Of a stretch of DNA of 64,000 bases, positions 21,101-28,100 are shown piece after piece. The notes under the pieces are model-generated. The model was given only the letters and a program-made list of their open reading frames with translations. It did not search any database and was not told the DNA's origin. Within the stretch, counting starts at the first letter, position 1. Every line of letters begins with the position of its first letter. The stretch covers positions 25,150 through 89,149 of the forward strand of contig PEWV01000025.1 of NCBI GenBank assembly GCA_002780005.1, in the 5' to 3' direction. The position numbers were made by a program, and so were the translations under genes. This DNA is from Candidatus Aquitaenariimonas noxiae (lineage in GTDB: Bacteria; Omnitrophota; Gorgyraeia; Aquitaenariimonadales; Aquitaenariimonadaceae).

Positions 21101-24100
21101 TATCCAGAAAAGGCTCAAAGCCCGCTCTATAAGCATATGCGGGCTTTTCAATTCAACAGTATAGGAAATATACTTTACGATCACGGCAATAACGCCGGCT
21201 CTTAATAATCCGGCAATTACCTGGCCTATACCCAAAAGGCTCCAGAAATTAGTGCGGACATCTTTAGGCACGGTCCTGTCCCAGCGCACTGTCCTTTCTT
21301 GTATGATACGGCTATTTCCGAACTGTATCATATTTCTATATGCGGATACTAAATTGCTAATTATAAGAACGGCCATAACTACGCCCTGCGCCGAGATCCC
21401 AAAAAGCCCTGCCCAATGCGGTTGGGCAAGTAAGGTAGCCAATAGAAAATAGATCATTACGAAAGCGAATCCAACCATAACCTGCCAGAAGGCAACCCAT
21501 TTTCTATCCTGTATTAATTGCTCCCTTAATTTGAATTCGGGCGACATGGCTAAACCGCTGCGGCGTTCTTGATACGGTCTTTCCGCATCTTTTATCTTTT
21601 CGGTACGATTCATGCGGGCATAGACTATCGTTACTGCAAGTATTGCCGAGAATGCTACAAATGATAATTCCATCCACAAAAATGACATGGAAAGGATGCC
21701 GAATTGCATTTCGGCTACGCGGGTTAAAGTTAAAAGAAGCACGGTCTCCAAAACCCCGAAGGAAGGCCAGGCTAAAAGCTCTCCTACTTCGAGCCATAAA
21801 TTCATAGGGCTTGCCGGCAGGTATCGCGTAAAGTACATACGAAGGAGGCCAAGGAAATTTGGACAAGGGGTCGAGACGATTTCCGGGGGATGAACTTCAA
21901 AAGCTACTATTTCGCCCTGATGTTCCGATGAAAATCTGCCACCGTCAAAACCATCTCTGGTGTCATTCCATCGGACTTCAACGCCCCTTACCCATATTGA
22001 TCTTCCCCTGGTAAGATGATCAAGGATCTCGTCTTTTCTTTCTTGCAAAATGCCTATTATGGAATTGCTGCCGAACTTATTAAGAAATCTCTCCCAAATA
22101 TGCTCTGCGCGCTCATCCTGACGAGATGGCTCAGGCGCTTGGGCTACTTCCGCCTGTTCATCACGTAACCTATTTAGGACTATTACAGCTTTGCTCCATA
22201 TAAAAGGTGCTACCACGGCTGTCCAAACATAAGCTATTAAATCGCTTCCTAAAATACTTGGAAGTCTATGAATAGATTCGTGAGATAAGATAAGTCTTTG
22301 GTCCTGCGGCGAGATAGATTCGAGGGCTTCCCGTATTCTCTCTTTTGTTATACTAGAACCTTTTCTGATGCTGAATGCTAAATTTTTGTCTCTGCCTGTA
22401 ACTATTAAGACATCTTCTGTTTGCTTTTCACTCTCTATGAGTTCTCTTTCTAATGCGACTTGTAAAGACGGATGAATGTCAAAAGGTGGTCCTGCCCTCG
22501 TAGGCGCGCTGGTAGATAAATGCGCCAGCATGTTCAGCGGGCCGCGCGACAAATTGAACAATCTCACGGCTGAAACTGAAAAATAAACTCCTAATATAAA
22601 CGGCAAAGCTGCAAATAACCAGTGCGCATTCAAATAAAAAGCTATAGCGACTCCTGCAATCCCGCCTAAAGCAAAAAGGCTGCTTGCGAAACCTGTAACC
22701 ATTGCCGGCTTAGGAGCGATCGGTATTGAAGAAATATCCTCTTCATCAGATAGCGCCAAAGTCGGCTCTAGATCTAAAATGAATTTATTCTCATCCTTTT
22801 CTCTAAATCCGAACCTGTTAGCGATCGAACGCATTTCTTCATTTATACCTGCAATCTCGCAGCTAAACCTTGTATAACCCCGCCCTTCCAGCCGTTCTAT
22901 AAAAATCTCGAATAACTTTGTACCTATGCCTTGTTCTTGAAAATTAGGATCTACCGCCATTTCTCTAAGCTCGAACGTCCTGCCGTGCACAGGCGAACCG
23001 GTTATATATCCTTGGACCTTACCATTTACCCTGCAGACTAAAATATCCGGCTTTATTTCCGCATCGCCCTGCGACATAGCGATGATCGTTCTATAACCGC
23101 TGGAAAAATCATGGCCGCCGGCTTTTTTGGCTTCTTCGGCTCGGTGCGGATAGATTAAAGAACTAAGCTCTGCGATCCTTCCGACATCATTTTCAAGGGC
23201 CAGCGTAATTTCCGCACCCTTGCCTATTTCTGCAATTAAGATATCTTCTTCTCCGAAATCTAACGCATACTGGACAGGCCTTTGGGCTTGAACAGGCTGT
23301 GGCTCATTTAACACATCTTCAACAATTTGAGTAAGCGAGCTGAATTCCCTGTGGCTTATCCGGGAATAACCCGGAGGCGCCCTGGCAGATTCTGATGTAA
23401 CCCAGTCGGCGACATCCAAAAACATATCTCTATCTTCTAAAGACGACCAAACAGGAAGATCCATAACTGTGGAATAGTCACCTATCGGCAGCCTGCCGAA
23501 GAGTTTCCAAAATCTCAAGGGGACTATTACGTGGTAGATCAGGCCCCTTAATTGTTTTTTTGTCGTAAGCGAGCTCAAGTTTGACGGATAAGCGATCCCG
23601 TACAAATCGCAATAATCCCTAACTATTTGTTTAACATCAGCGATCGAGACATCAGATCCTTTAAATTGCCGCCAAAATCTTATTCTTTCCTCTTTTTCAT
23701 AATCAAAAATTGTGCGATCCTGCCATGACGCGCCGTGTCTAAGCGCCCATAGGGCAGGATGTGTTTGTAAAATAGCGCCTTGTTCGGAAAGCTCCTTTAG
23801 TCTATGTGCTGCTATTTTTCTTGTAACTTTATTACTGTCTGTAAGCTTTTTAATTAAAGTTGCGAGCTCAGCCCTGCTTATTTGAGCAGTAACGGCTTCT
23901 GCATTATCGGCGGGTTCTTTTGGTTCATCCCTATCGGCTGTTGCGGGAACTGCGACGGCATCTTCTTCGGCAACCGGCAATGCCTTCATCTTCATTATCT
24001 GCCTGCAGAGATTTCTATTTATTCTTACATCTGTGGCCCCCTCTTCCTGGCCTACTAATTCATTTGTATATGGATGAGTTGTCTGGCTTGGATTGTAATA

Positions 24101-24508
24101 ACGAAGGATATAGCCGTTCATGCAGCTTATCAGTATCTCGCCTCTGCCGGTCGTATGTTGCAGTTCTGCAACCCAGCCTTGGCCGGCTTCTGCTAAGGCC
24201 GCCCTTACGCCATCCAGGGACAAGTTTTCTTTTGTCCGGCCGTTCCCGTTTTCGATCAATTCGATAAGAAGCTTGGCCTTTACGCTGACAAGCGATTTTT
24301 CATTATCAAAAATCGACGGAGGAATTAAGGCGTGCCTTTTTGTTAACCCCGTTAGAAACTTTGTTATATTTCTTTTTTTAGATGATATTTCTAACGGGGT
24401 GAATATATCCGGATCGGCATAGGCAACAGTCTGGTATATAAGGCAAAATACTAGCGTTAGCGCTATTGCCTTTACCCAGGTATAATTTTTCAAATTAATA
24501 ATGCTCAT
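11597..24508 (-). CDS. Giant multidomain membrane-containing protein G2 (4303 aa): signal peptide, GNAT, two multi-TM (MFS-half-like) blocks, HExxH modules, class I SAM methyltransferase, two wHTH, HD, histidine kinase, shared C-terminal domain
   Basis: Uninterrupted 12.9-kb ORF. Signal-like KAIALTLVFCLIYQTVAYA. Motifs AVDPNFQEQGIGTKL, VLDLGCGGG, LFHDIDR, SNLLTN/EDDAGGI/GHGL/GTTFKI. Confidence 0.93.
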   Translation of the reverse strand: MSIINLKNYTWVKAIALTLVFCLIYQTVAYADPDIFTPLEISSKKRNITKFLTGLTKRHALIPPSIFDNEKSLVSVKAKLLIELIENGNGRTKENLSLDGVRAALAEAGQGWVAELQHTTGRGEILISCMNGYILRYYNPSQTTHPYTNELVGQEEGATDVRINRNLCRQIMKMKALPVAEEDAVAVPATADRDEPKEPADNAEAVTAQISRAELATLIKKLTDSNKVTRKIAAHRLKELSEQGAILQTHPALWALRHGASWQDRTIFDYEKEERIRFWRQFKGSDVSIADVKQIVRDYCDLYGIAYPSNLSSLTTKKQLRGLIYHVIVPLRFWKLFGRLPIGDYSTVMDLPVWSSLEDRDMFLDVADWVTSESARAPPGYSRISHREFSSLTQIVEDVLNEPQPVQAQRPVQYALDFGEEDILIAEIGKGAEITLALENDVGRIAELSSLIYPHRAEEAKKAGGHDFSSGYRTIIAMSQGDAEIKPDILVCRVNGKVQGYITGSPVHGRTFELREMAVDPNFQEQGIGTKLFEIFIERLEGRGYTRFSCEIAGINEEMRSIANRFGFREKDENKFILDLEPTLALSDEEDISSIPIAPKPAMVTGFASSLFALGGIAGVAIAFYLNAHWLFAALPFILGVYFSVSAVRLFNLSRGPLNMLAHLSTSAPTRAGPPFDIHPSLQVALERELIESEKQTEDVLIVTGRDKNLAFSIRKGSSITKERIREALESISPQDQRLILSHESIHRLPSILGSDLIAYVWTAVVAPFIWSKAVIVLNRLRDEQAEVAQAPEPSRQDERAEHIWERFLNKFGSNSIIGILQERKDEILDHLTRGRSIWVRGVEVRWNDTRDGFDGGRFSSEHQGEIVAFEVHPPEIVSTPCPNFLGLLRMYFTRYLPASPMNLWLEVGELLAWPSFGVLETVLLLTLTRVAEMQFGILSMSFLWMELSFVAFSAILAVTIVYARMNRTEKIKDAERPYQERRSGLAMSPEFKLREQLIQDRKWVAFWQVMVGFAFVMIYFLLATLLAQPHWAGLFGISAQGVVMAVLIISNLVSAYRNMIQFGNSRIIQERTVRWDRTVPKDVRTNFWSLLGIGQVIAGLLRAGVIAVIVKYISYTVELKSPHMLIERALSLFWIAIPFAVIYAVSKALLPIFVRQPFNPYIRITTPGTSYVVTKLNEGSGLVTYYDFGGGLKVKCLGDSNIRPVKDAKGEWFIFYPDRFNMVVCAGEGFKYKEGPGNLLYPWRHMWRWSNGSCRAELVQYGWQRRGLKAEEVGPGEFKITSEYSTNGNNNWVDRLLVQFEFDPAVREALETKRAEAEIRLKEEGVIYVWGFPVSYDPGEDRFIFEVEDFRKDLADEPVVIYSPEVRKYEVVEINAENRRLGLLDSIAPSGNTEEAGRLQEEASTAGSVKDRKDYLVYYHDAETGQSVAAAVVNVTCVCETWPERIVDIRSVKLPGIGELPIEEVIEFNANKIRVAKDDVSPETDRVLVGFRRAAPETPDAVYYEKDTDTFSQKWQLYRSFFRSRIFALGEIGWLLTNVFGGIIRVLVVLPYNFMGESFTRLAMTSFLAGIASSIVMVISSYVSYRKADEALQGDTSGAEGKLRKAWLWICTIRLASVLFKTILFPQIFIFLFNPATMPLTYTVFLFAASFIDTIEMSFVSMVWYSIFERELRHRFTKYWVGIGFGTFLNQILGVVSTGATLYFAGNFINNYHQQLSGYLQGVANIPPAVATPPTFGTGPLILVGASLVAYVVARLLLPLLSRRFALVRTKQEASGESMKTMLTAREGTGPIQYEDLVFDEKYDGLELQLEKSKRPVRGGEAQGDREKLQGLVYDALDALETETQGTEAEAILKDIIARNLKENRAPPVIRVVSSDNFTVNAARYIDINGNVEILLNKTFVETLLSAPSEYRSATKWLLAERLFHELGHDNSIGLAVEEKDEEKAQVFRDLILYTSCVYNKPLFDEIREYFTKEKPSFPSGNYFDERGLEYLAGLKENASTREDYEHLFYQISLFVSSRYYAEDAFTPSGFVVKAMPTGQRAGSNATNSAGRFFGAFALYGASFMIINLLVGMHIMPALVLFIPLALSISLLARGVSYKTSIAMFVASILLAVGILVIHPVGIAWVTGATTLTILGAMVSFSAGAMLKQLRSGREITILQRALLVILLLVTIFIPQYVRVQQELGAANDRAIRYKIPENADRAKARRTIRRPDWYRMGNEMRSGSRYIDKRDGQGFLYGPKLRTALMAMRELDPEMFSWMEANDVPIYRDGATPPWVAGYTGRMNRGYAYTFAPGGAGVRYNINPVEYSRQAIENAVRAGKVDIPIEEVQELTEEDLDTSSVANIYSVIEHETAHYRELWPYYDNWISEKILDNITMFKLIDIEKRAFNRAMEGKERAGYHVTFLDKFEYVQKAYNIQRMMIIFTTIIKDVFLILLVWFLSNPIRIVRGIRRGILSHCFIDYETYFLMSDVIGDIRSGKWRKTHRKLRDFVEERVSSVHDAIMYRIEWRPDALIVWRDIHMAFAAYAENVARDRQRKGDRELWEDTLRRLSALRPVVHRRDGLTARHLLNRYFDRNLYICGPARIDEQGNIAWPVTNMKPDSDTPHYWDEFERRATVGWLVIETAYANALRREGVRRVYLERRDRSQRNLSQDQIDRLFGGPIRPLKPHSTIAGPGVREEDHDNITNPMLERIFDGEKPGCYISDTEGSETRQSQEDNKLLADLRGLTLNYYKDTPEEAEASEDLKDTNIYLLDPDARSPPEARSYCLWQDVADPVARFVIGHAGRGLGGHFREGEFPAQQNGYLPLALMRQLMVDRAREKVRDNIGRYNYLTRVIALMVRHEARHAREKKLTNGETEEVEQEVAEMMRALHPYLSANQARLLEERFEEFGDKVAQILEHYGTFTAQEIEDSERLLESWRSSAVLTPIELWQLWSYLTLTGREMGEEYAQLHRDIVGLISEAFKNGKKDEQDIVPQIDGVVIGYPWRRSDPSMERAANIIDKKRALLERVAFRSGEVVLDLGCGGGEDSVDIARNNPEVMVYGIDARSENLKRAIAYADASIPGQSNIRFLQRDFRSNPENIPLRGIPLNDSSVDKILLLSDVFVGQSEEFIVSAWQEVLRVLKPGGQIIFFGSVGLVELEDLLGMKVEDYLIYHIVVKAYWGNLYSYIINVESKPPYAAAHRTYPQGSPAEFLKSILLTKDWPTPELQVLATRFKSGGALTISELQQLRFKNQENFGEGVFSYETVRIEIANLEEAGIVNIDRNSSTHKISLRKELKGKMPRYLVNRLCNIRIDAPSLQRSSRLSSQPLRHYDEVSKLQAEEVHALRQMVDKILGQSTLPDSSTTTQPAPVITAESKKGWHGVTTAFSGLASPKGSPAEALCDLFAHRSQIGINPITVRSAQGEWRRENTRTGKPYARVVIANELEALRRLGFLAIKDAPDSEPREPVRGKPNVYYLTNIFFQIQDEELVDRICDIDVEGDYVMQHCTYSESRLAMARDKITEHMRCTAPIDITHRQESDEILGRLRTAIEENRTNLNKMTDPEKAQWLFDWMDANKNCRDELFIRNMPPHMRSIPGIIREIDPSADPAALIAGLFHDIDRFFEGYYVHPSDGFKGGTPQYLHYKSNQHPRLSANFALKWLREAGVSDKVLGDVEILILRHETGITEEVAAENGFQQEAASDMNLLQRADSISQFIPELLINSYILLERDKGKGEGNAMIRYKYARLVPEDKIRADAFVAAGEETFRQSKEGVETLAVFQSIRSELMHTQGTAEGAKAPLGQPAVTVEPTEESVKMVAFIHDVLQPMTELYGWLAYVQDNLRPDADASEKEKFMAVYTLLDSIKVTQQERKRPYYHGRETGDWNAVVEDGKAFADELRQAYGAVKVYFTENPTRLDAITDPSVLEICRESFEGDFSAAALEFAESGLDMLDSYVMENIELGAFLGGFLQARGKEFHDKNIRIYFEKPQEGLIVKASRGGLRRILSNLLTNIPRYVEAGAEHKVTVRLKPSNGQVLIEVEDDAGGIRKPEMLEKVLDPETQTETKAIFVRGSSDKEDTGILSKGHGLATSRQFALSFGGDMDVDTEAGVGTTFKIILPQVEGKAEPGRIQAERFVENIRALAKEAKDNGEELLVGIDTEIGNLGDYAQNLLTILTELRQKEGLDNLTVIAGEGNVLSAHLNAYLEDALRAGRKVRAAAIVREDNRAKRMFNSLEGKSQIISVDDTRIMSEDGKTLNQFIPITRIVECALMRVLNKPYEPIPYVEEREEDGILKFIMLPPAQPLSEEELRRRYDEEAEFIGNA
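12210..13120 (-). other. Histidine-kinase-like (HisKA + HATPase_c) domain within G2
   Basis: H-box-like FIHDVLQPM, N-box SNLLTN, G1 EDDAGGI, G2 KGHGL, GVGTTFKIILP. Confidence 0.75.
14990..15480 (-). other. Class I SAM-dependent methyltransferase domain within G2
   Basis: VVLDLGCGGG, YGID, SSVDKI, EVLRVLKPGG. Confidence 0.85.
22770..23190 (-). other. GNAT acetyltransferase domain within G2
   Basis: MAVDPNFQEQGIGTKL (Q/RxxGxG motif A), N...RFGF. Confidence 0.8.
23980..24330 (-). repeat. Type-A N-terminal domain of G2; near-identical DNA repeat of ~33985-34340 in G1
   Basis: LIPPSIFD...KAKLLIEL.ENGNGRT.ENLSLDGV.AALAEAGQGWVAELQ...LRYYNPSQTTHPYTNELVGQEEG..DVRINRNLCRQIMKMKALP in both; many DNA differences are synonymous. 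Confidence 0.92.
24346..24400. repeat. 55-bp palindromic element with 13-bp terminal inverted repeats, in frame inside G2
   Basis: ACCCCGTTAGAAA (24346-24358) ... TTTCTAACGGGGT (24388-24400). Encodes TPLEISSKKRNITKFLTG, absent at the equivalent G1 position. Confidence 0.85.
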
Positions 24509-24510
24509 GT

Positions 24511-25100
24511 TTAGGCTTTTCCTATGAATTCCGATTCTTCCATATACCTTCTTTCAAGCTCTTCTCTTTCAAGCGGTTTTGCATCTTCCTGCACACTAAG
24601 TATAAGTTTTAAAATACCGTCTTCCTCAACCTCTTCAACGTATGGAATCGGTTCATGAGGCTTGCTTAGTATTTTCGTCAAGGCGCGCTCTATTATTTTA
24701 GCGATTGGAATATAGTAATTCAGGCTGCCTGTAAAGTTATCTATAACACGACTATCATCAACTGAAACAACTTGAGCTTTATCGACTAATGATTTAAACA
24801 TCCTTTTCTGCCTATTGTCCTCTTTCACTATAACTACTGCCCTAACCGTCTTACTGTCCCTTTGCGCATCTGAAAGATATGTATTTAATTGGGCCGACAG
24901 AATAGTTCCCTCACCGGTAATGACCCTTAAGTTTTCCAATCCCTCTCGGTCTTTAAGATTAACCAATGTCTCAAGCAGGCCTGGCGCATAATCTTTCAGA
25001 TTTCCGATTGTCGTGTCTATGCCCACTACTAATTCTTCGCCTTTATCTTTTGCTTCTTTGGCTAAAGATCTCAAGCTAGCCACTAAGCGCACAGCTTCTT
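24511..25100 (-). repeat. Shared C-terminal domain, copy in G1
   Basis: LRSLAKEAKDKGEELVVGIDTTIGNLKDYA...ELERRYMEESEFIGKA. Confidence 0.9.
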
Positions 25101-28100
25101 CTTGAGACGGTTCCATGCTTAGCGTAGGCATTCCTGCTATCATATCTTCTTCTTTTGGCAGAATGACTTGCGCTTCTTGCTCTACCGTCTTTACCTTTCC
25201 AATAATATGATCTACTTTAGCCCGTAATAGTTCTCTCTCCTGGTCGGTTAGCTTGCTTACTTCATCATAGTGCCTTAATGGTTGGTCTGTGAGACGCGCA
25301 GAACGCTGTAGGGACGAGGCTTCGATCCTGATATTGCAGATGGCTTCAACAATTTCCCTGGGCGGAGCCCTTGCTAATTCCGGCCTAAGCGTTACTTTGT
25401 GCACTTTATCTGCCCTGTCGATGCTTACTATACCAGCTTGTTCGAGGTTTGATATTTCAACTCTCACTGTTTCGTAACTGTAGGTCCCTTCGCTAATATT
25501 ACTTGGGTTCTTAAGTCTTAGTTGCTGCAATTCAGCTATTGTCAGGGCCTCGCCATTCTTGAACCTCGTAGCCAGCTCTGTCAGTTCCGGCGTTGGCCAG
25601 TCCTTGGTCAGAAGCAAAGAATGCAAGAATACGGCCGGCGAGCCGTCGGGCGTAAACGGAATATGCTCTATTCGCAAGAAATCTTCTGCAATTCTTTCGA
25701 TCGCAGACATTTTATCTTCTATATTTTCTTGGCACATTAGAGGGTCTTTCGCATCTATGATATCTTGCGGCACCTCTATTAAAAGCGCCCACTCTGAACT
25801 GAATCTGCTTCCATCATATTCACTCGTCCTGACCACTTCAACGCCATCTAATCCATTTAACTCATCTATAAAACGTGTAAAATTAGGGTTCGATTCGTCG
25901 GCTTTAAAAGAAACATATAGTTTATTATTGCTCGGAATGTCCGCGCTGCTGGTCTGCTTGTCACTTTGAAGTTTCCTAAAATACAAATCAATTCTTTCTT
26001 GCGGTGCTTCGCCAGAATATGAATACAGTTCTAAATAAGCTCTAGGGGTCGGGGCATCGGCCCATGTAGTATAAATAAATGGCAAAGCATTAAGCCTTCC
26101 CACAACACCATTAATATCTCGATCCTCTCCCTGGAGAGCGTCGTCTGACCACCCGTTTGTAACCATCAAGGCACTATTAACATCTCCGGGATTAAAAATT
26201 ATACCATATCTATCCTGTTCTTTTCGTTCCGCAAAATTTCTAGGGCCGTCTATATATACTCTTATTCTATCCCTTAACAGGCCCTCCGGCTTGCCTTCAG
26301 GGTAGTTGGCCGGAAAGAAAACGATCTGTAATGCCCTTGCAGCTTGATGCCCAAAATGACGGCAAAGGATTTCATGTAAGATATATTCTCCTTTTAATGG
26401 CCATGGTAGTGTTCCTAGAAAATCACGTGAATAGTAAATTGCTGGGTTTTCTGCATCATCTAACTTATTTTGCCCAAGCGCAAAATCCTGACTGTTCTCA
26501 ATTTGCGAAACGACTTCTCTTAAAGTAGCGTTTGGTAAATCATATAATAACGCTAGAGATAATTTATTATTATCAGGCGCAATAAGATCACCCCAAATTC
26601 TTGCAAACAATCCTGGCGCTTCCTCTTGAGATATAGGAGGTGTGGCGCCTTCCTCGTAATATTCGGGGTTTGACAACCTATCGATCGCGCTTCTCAATGA
26701 CACATCGGAAATCTCAGAATTGTTAATTTCTTCAATTACAAATTCCTTTAAACCATCTTCTAGTGGTCTATATTTTCTTTCTGCAATATCTTGATTCATT
26801 CTCTCAAGAGCTATATGCCCCTGCGCTATGTAACCATCGGGTGTGGTCTTAGGCGCAGCAGGCAATGTCGGGGTCGCGCCGGGCATTCTACCCGGAGTTT
26901 TCTCTTGCCCCAGAGGTGTAGGCGTCACTGTCGCTGCAGTCGCCCCCGATGGCTCTGAAAGCACCTCTAAAATATCATAAAATCTTGTCACAACGTCATC
27001 ATAGTCTGATACGACTGCTTCGCCATAACCCCATGTATATCTGCTCTTGTACGTTTTACGCACTAACATCACATCTCTTATAACGTCAAAGTTCCACCAT
27101 TCTGCGTTTGGATCATCTGATTGCATCAATCTTATATTGTAAGCCGGAGTTCCTCCTCCGCCTACATATGCTGCATAGCTGAATCTTGTGACATTCCGCG
27201 CGCCGCCCTTTGCTGATATTCCCCCCATATAAGGAGCAAGATCCTCACTATCCCTTACCATTTTCATCTTTCTTGTGACAACACAAATACTCTGAATAGG
27301 ATCATAAGGATCATATTCTCCGCTCAAAACGCCTTCAGCCTTAAGCCCATCAAATATCTTTCTATAATGATCCGCTTCTTCATCCCCGTCTAATAATTGA
27401 GCGATACCCCTGGCGTATTTTCCTGAAGAATCCAACGTTGTGGCTTTCGGGCCGCTAGAGTTAAAGCTATCGGTTTCATAGAATAATAATCCAAGAACCC
27501 TATTAAAGGGAATATTATCCTTTTCCTGGCCTGCTAAGAATTTAAATTTGTTCAAAAATCTTGCCATTAGCTCGTTCCTTTGCGCTTCTGTCATGTTGCT
27601 GAATTTAGGATCGGCAAATACTTTTCGTGCAACTGCATTCAATACAGCATCCCGGTCCATGTGCGCCAAATACACGTATCTGAGCGTCCTATAAAGGCGT
27701 TCTTCTGATCTCAATGTAATACGTATTTTTCTGTCCTCAGGTTCTGCTATATCAAACTTGTCTGAATATTTACGCGCCGCAAGATCTAAGAGATTTGCGC
27801 GCAATTTATCGGAAGTCCACCCCATATACTCAGGCCTTGAAAATCTTACGATATCCATGAGTAAGTCAAGATCCTCCTGTTCAATATAAGCCTCTATGTA
27901 AGGATCGACAAATGTTCCGTATATCCTGTTTCTAAAGTCATCGCTTCTCATGCCGATCAATAGCGGTTTTATCCTATTTATTTTAACGCTTATAGCCTGA
28001 GCCTTCTCTTCTCTCGCCTTCCTTCCGGCTTCAGCATTGGCTAAAGCCTGCCTTAACAACTCTTTCTTTTCCTTACGATCCCGCCATTTGATATATTCTT

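Noticed and set aside
25700-26130. TYW3-like motif in G1 (DINGVVGRLNALPFIYTTWADA)
   Set aside because: The resemblance is partial and the SSCxG motif is absent; it cannot be supported without a profile search.
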